DNA of 63,362 nt, the filler included, from Reclinomonas americana ATCC 50394 (taxonomy: Eukaryota): assembly GCA_048213135.1 (NCBI GenBank). It is 7 parts of 3 records of this genome, joined end to end, with 100 filler letters (N's around TTAATTAATTAA, not from the genome) between each part and the next. Parts side by side here need not be neighbours in the genome. Positions count along the whole stretch, not along the records: positions 57,160 to 62,259 come from PS015362.1; positions 62,360 to 63,362 come from PS015394.1; 5 more parts are not named here. One strand, 5' to 3'. The notes beneath the pieces were generated by a model. That model was not told the DNA's origin. It searched no databases and was given only the letters and a program-made list of their open reading frames with translations. How positions within the stretch are numbered: position 1 is the first letter of the stretch; each line of letters starts with the position of its first letter. The translations under genes and the position numbers were made by a program. Shown piece by piece: positions 59,642 to 63,362 of this stretch.

Positions 59642-62258
59642 ATGGACGACTGCTTCTTCGACTTTGAGAGCGGCCACGGTGCGCCGTACCTGTACGAGCC
59701 GTTTGGGCATCCTCCACCCCACGTGGACCCGGACGACATGTTGTTTGCACACTCGGCGGCCACCACCACCACCACCACTCTCTTTGAGCCTCCGCCTCCA
59801 CCACCGCCACCTCCACCACCTCCAGCAGCTACAGTGGCACACGTACAGCAGCAACAACAACTGCCTACACAGCAACGCATCTCTCCGTTCTCGTCGCCCG
59901 AGATGAGTGACGACACGTCGGTGGGCTCTCCACCGCGCTCTCCTCTCCCCTATCACCAGCAACACCAGCAACACCACCAGCACCAGCAGGCGTACGTTGT
60001 GCCTGCGCTGGTGGTGCCGCCGGCGAGTGGAGTGCCAGTGCACGCACCGCCTCCTCCGTCTGCGCACTTGGTGCTGACGCATGAGCACTCTTCGTCGCCT
60101 GTCACAGTCGCCAAGGTGCGCGTGAGTGGTGGAGAGAGAGAGTGTGTGTGTGTGTCTGTCTGTTGTTTGCCGTGTATGGCATGGAGAGGTGGCGCAGCAG
60201 TTTGTGTGTGTGTGTGTGTGTCTCACTCTTCTCTGACACTTGAATCAGCTCGTTTCACCACCTCCCTTTCCTTGCGCACGCACACACGCATGCACGCGCA
60301 TTGTCAGAGCACTCGTGCTTCCCGTGTTTGGCGAGCAGTGAGGAGAAAGAGTGCTGTTTTTTTGTTGTTGACTTTTTTTGCTCCACGCAGCCGAGCAAGA
60401 AGCGCAACAACAGCAACAACAACAGCAACAGCAACAACAGTGGTAGTGCGGTCAAGGCGGCGCGCAAGAAGGAGCGCGAGGTCGAAGTGATTGTCAAGGA
60501 GGAGGACCTCGATGAGCCGGCACAGAAGCGCAGGTGCGGAAGCTGAGAAGTTTCTCCTTGTTCTTCTTCTTCTTCTTCTTCCTCGTCCTCCTCCTCCGCC
60601 GTCTCATGGTGTCGTGCCGTTGTTGGGGAGCGTGTGGGAACATTCTGTGTGCACTGATTTTTTTCTCTTCCTCATGTTGCCTGGTCGATGTGACACGCGT
60701 CACTTGGTCGTCACGCGTGTCGCATTCTCCTTCTTGTTCGGTTATCTCCCTTCCTGCCTCCCTTCGCTGCCTCCATCTTGAGCGTGCCCCCCGCCACTCC
60801 TTTCCCCCAATGGGTGTGTGTTGTTGTGCTGTGCTGTGCTGACTCTTGTGGATTCTCTCGTCGGTTTGGGGGGTGTATTTCAGGAAACGTGCCCAGCTGG
60901 AGACGTACAAGCTGGATGAGGCGCGCGAGTTCCTCGCGCAGAAGCCGCCACCGTTCGCCTCCGAGGAGGACCAGAAGGAGTACAAGCGCAAGCGAAGGTC
61001 GGCCCGCACTTCCCTCCCTCTTCTGTGCAAAAAATCCTCATCTTCTTTTCTGCCACACAGGATGATGAAGAACCGTCTGTCGGCGCACGAGTCGCGCGAG
61101 AAGAAGAACAGCTACCTGGGCGAGCTGGAGGCGCGCGTGGAGGAGCTGACCGAGCAGAACCAGCAACTGATTGAGCAGGTCAGCAGCCTGACTGCCGCCA
61201 ATGCCGAGCTGCGCATGCAACTGATGGCCGCCAAGTCCGGCGATGTCGCCCTCGGCCACCCTCATCATCATCAGCCTCATCATCATCACGGCCTGTCACC
61301 GGCCGGCGCCGTCGGTGTCGGCATGGCCAGTGCGCTGCTGGTGGTTCTTCTCGCTTGCGCGTTTGTTGTGCAAGTGCAGCAGCAGCAGGGAGGCTTCGCG
61401 TCTGGCGCGGCCGGCCCCGCACTGCCCACCGACACTCCCCTGCCGATGCCTGTCGCGGAGATGAAGGCCGAGCAGAAGAAGCGCGAGAGCTCGTCGGCCG
61501 AGGAAGTCGCCTCCGCCACCACCACCNNNNNNNNNNNNNNNNNNNNNNNNNNNNNNNNNNNNNNNNNNNNNNNNNNNNNNNNNNNNNNNNNNNNNNNNNN
61601 NNNNNNNNNNNNNNNNNNNNNNNNNNNNNNNNNNNNNNNNNNNNNNNNNNNNNNNNNNNNNNNNNNNNNNNNNNNNNNNNNNNNNNNNNNNNNNNNNNNN
61701 NNNNNNNNNNNNNNNNNNNNNNNNNNNNNNNNNNNNNNNNNNNNNNNNNNNNNNNNNNNNNNNNNNNNNNNNNNNNNNNNNNNNNNNNNNNNNNNNNNNN
61801 NNNNNNNNNNNNNNNNNNNNNNNNNNNNNNNNNNNNNNNNNNNNNNNNNNNNNNNNNNNNNNNNNNNNNNNNNNNNNNNNNNNNNNNNNNNNNNNNNNNN
61901 NNNNNNNNNNNNNNNNNNNNNNNNNNNNNNNNNNNNGTGGCACCGACGACCGTGTCACCTGTGCGCTCGGCCGGCGCCCGTGTGCTGATGACCACGGCCA
62001 CGGCGGCAGTGGCGGCCAGCAACCCGGCCGCCGCCGACGACTGCTCGGTGCAGCCGCAGTTGGCTGTGGGCACGTCGTCGTCGTCGACACCGTCGACGCC
62101 GACTGTGGTGAGCGTCGAGCGATCGCAGCATGCTGCGCCCGCCGACGACAGCCTCCGTGTGCCGGCGCTGAGCATGAAGCGTGCTCTCTCGTCGCGCGCC
62201 CTGCCGAACACGGCCGGTGCGTTGCGCGGTTCGGCGGTGGCCTTGGACATGGATGTGC
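59642..62258 (+). CDS. Membrane-tethered bZIP transcription factor (ATF6/CREB3/bZIP28-like architecture), partial
   Basis: KRKRRMMKNRLSAHESREKKNSYLGELEARVEELTEQNQQLIEQVSSLTAANAEL followed by the hydrophobic segment GVGMASALLVVLLACAFVV. Confidence 0.85.
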
Positions 62259-62797
62259 CNNNNNNNNNNNNNNNNNNNNNNNNNNNNNNNNNNNNNNNNN
62301 NNNTTAATTAATTAANNNNNNNNNNNNNNNNNNNNNNNNNNNNNNNNNNNNNNNNNNNNCCTCCCTGCTGCTCCCATCAAAGATGGCGACCTTTGGCAGG
62401 CCTGTGCTTGCTTGCATGTGTGTGATCAGTGGGGGCGCAGAGGTGGAGACACCGATTCACACACACACAACTGTGAGCACCGCGAAAGCCGACGCCAATG
62501 CCCAGCATGTATGAGAAGAGTGGGTTGGGGTTGAAGGCCAGTGCGTGTACGTTGTCGACGAGGCGATCGGAGACGTTGAAGAGCTGGTTGCAGGTCGATG
62601 ATCCATGCGGTGACCACCTCCCGCTCATCGACAACTCAAAAATACGCACAATCGGATGTCGATGTCGACAAGAGACGGACACTGCATTCACTCAAAAACG
62701 ACCCTTCGCTACTGCTGCTGCTGCTGCACCTCTGCACTGGCGCGCGCCGTGCACGCACAGGAAAGGGAGGGCGGCGGAAAAAAGCAATGGATTCGAT

Positions 62798-63362
62798 TCA
62801 AAACTCGTAGTGCGTCGGCTGGTGAGCGCCACCCGAGGCGCGCAGACGAGTGGTAATGTCGTCCTCGGTGAGATCCTCTGCCTGCTCGATCTGCACCTCG
62901 ACATGCACGGCACGGAAGGCGCGATCGACGACCTGCGGAATTCGGAACATTGTTAGAGAAGGAGCTGCAGGAGCGATCGCCGAGAAACACAAAGAGAAGA
63001 GATAGCGTCCAAGTAAGCTGCATGTCCAGCCTGCCTGTCTGTGTATAGCATCGCGCTCACCTGTCCCTTATGCTGACCAGCACGAGCACGCTTCATCACT
63101 GGCGCACCCGGCGGCACATACGACACAAAGATGAACTTGTTGCGACGCGACACGGTGCTGCCACGATCGTCGACGCCCACACATCGGAACCCGCCAAACG
63201 CGACCTCGTCCGCCGGCAAGTGCTCCTGCGCGCACAAACGATGAGGAGGAGGAGGAGGAGGAACAAACTTGCAGCCTTGATGCAGTGCAGCAGCTTACCT
63301 TGAAGGCGGCCAGGCCACCCGCACCCTTCTGACGCACCTGCGTTTGTTGCGTGTCAGCGCGG
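62798..63362 (-). CDS. ADF-H domain (coactosin-like) protein, 3' part
   Basis: LPADEVAFGGFRCVGVDDRGSTVSRRNKFIFVSYVPPGAPVMKRARAGQHKGQ-VVDRAFRAVHVEVQIEQAEDLTEDDITTRLRASGGAHQPTHYEF. Confidence 0.88.

Noticed and set aside
62360..62630. Small minus-strand exon-like segment (MSGRWSPHG...GVGFRGAH)
   Set aside because: May be a real gene start truncated by the gap, but there is no recognisable family and too little sequence to call.

Overview
Gene-dense, GC-rich, intron-rich eukaryotic (protist-like) draft sequence. It has many N gaps, six artificial TTAATTAATTAA contig spacers and abundant CA/GA microsatellites. Most introns are about 60-100 nt, GT-AG, often with a CTGAC/CTCAC-type branch motif, so the ORF track shows only exon fragments. 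I spliced about 24 genes by hand: class II fumarase, NAC-alpha, LCM-type methyltransferase, MDR oxidoreductase, two paralogous split-FERM-like proteins, Vnx1/CAX exchanger, GalE, two EF-hand proteins, MSP/VAP-like protein, a 23x EGF secreted protein, MORN protein, TEX264-like protein, GT31 glycosyltransferase, aminoacylase-1, cathepsin C, a repeat protein, a coiled-coil protein, eIF4E, DUF506, a membrane-tethered bZIP and a coactosin-like protein, plus a convergent pair of identical tRNA-Leu(CAG) genes. The most striking signal is an abundant second class of 5' splice site, GTTGCG(T). This is the common GTGCGT donor displaced by one nucleotide. It occurs at about 20 introns in 11 genes, never after an exonic G, and conserved protein motifs force its use in several cases. 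All gene models are manual, with no alignments or RNA data, so boundaries are approximate where stated.
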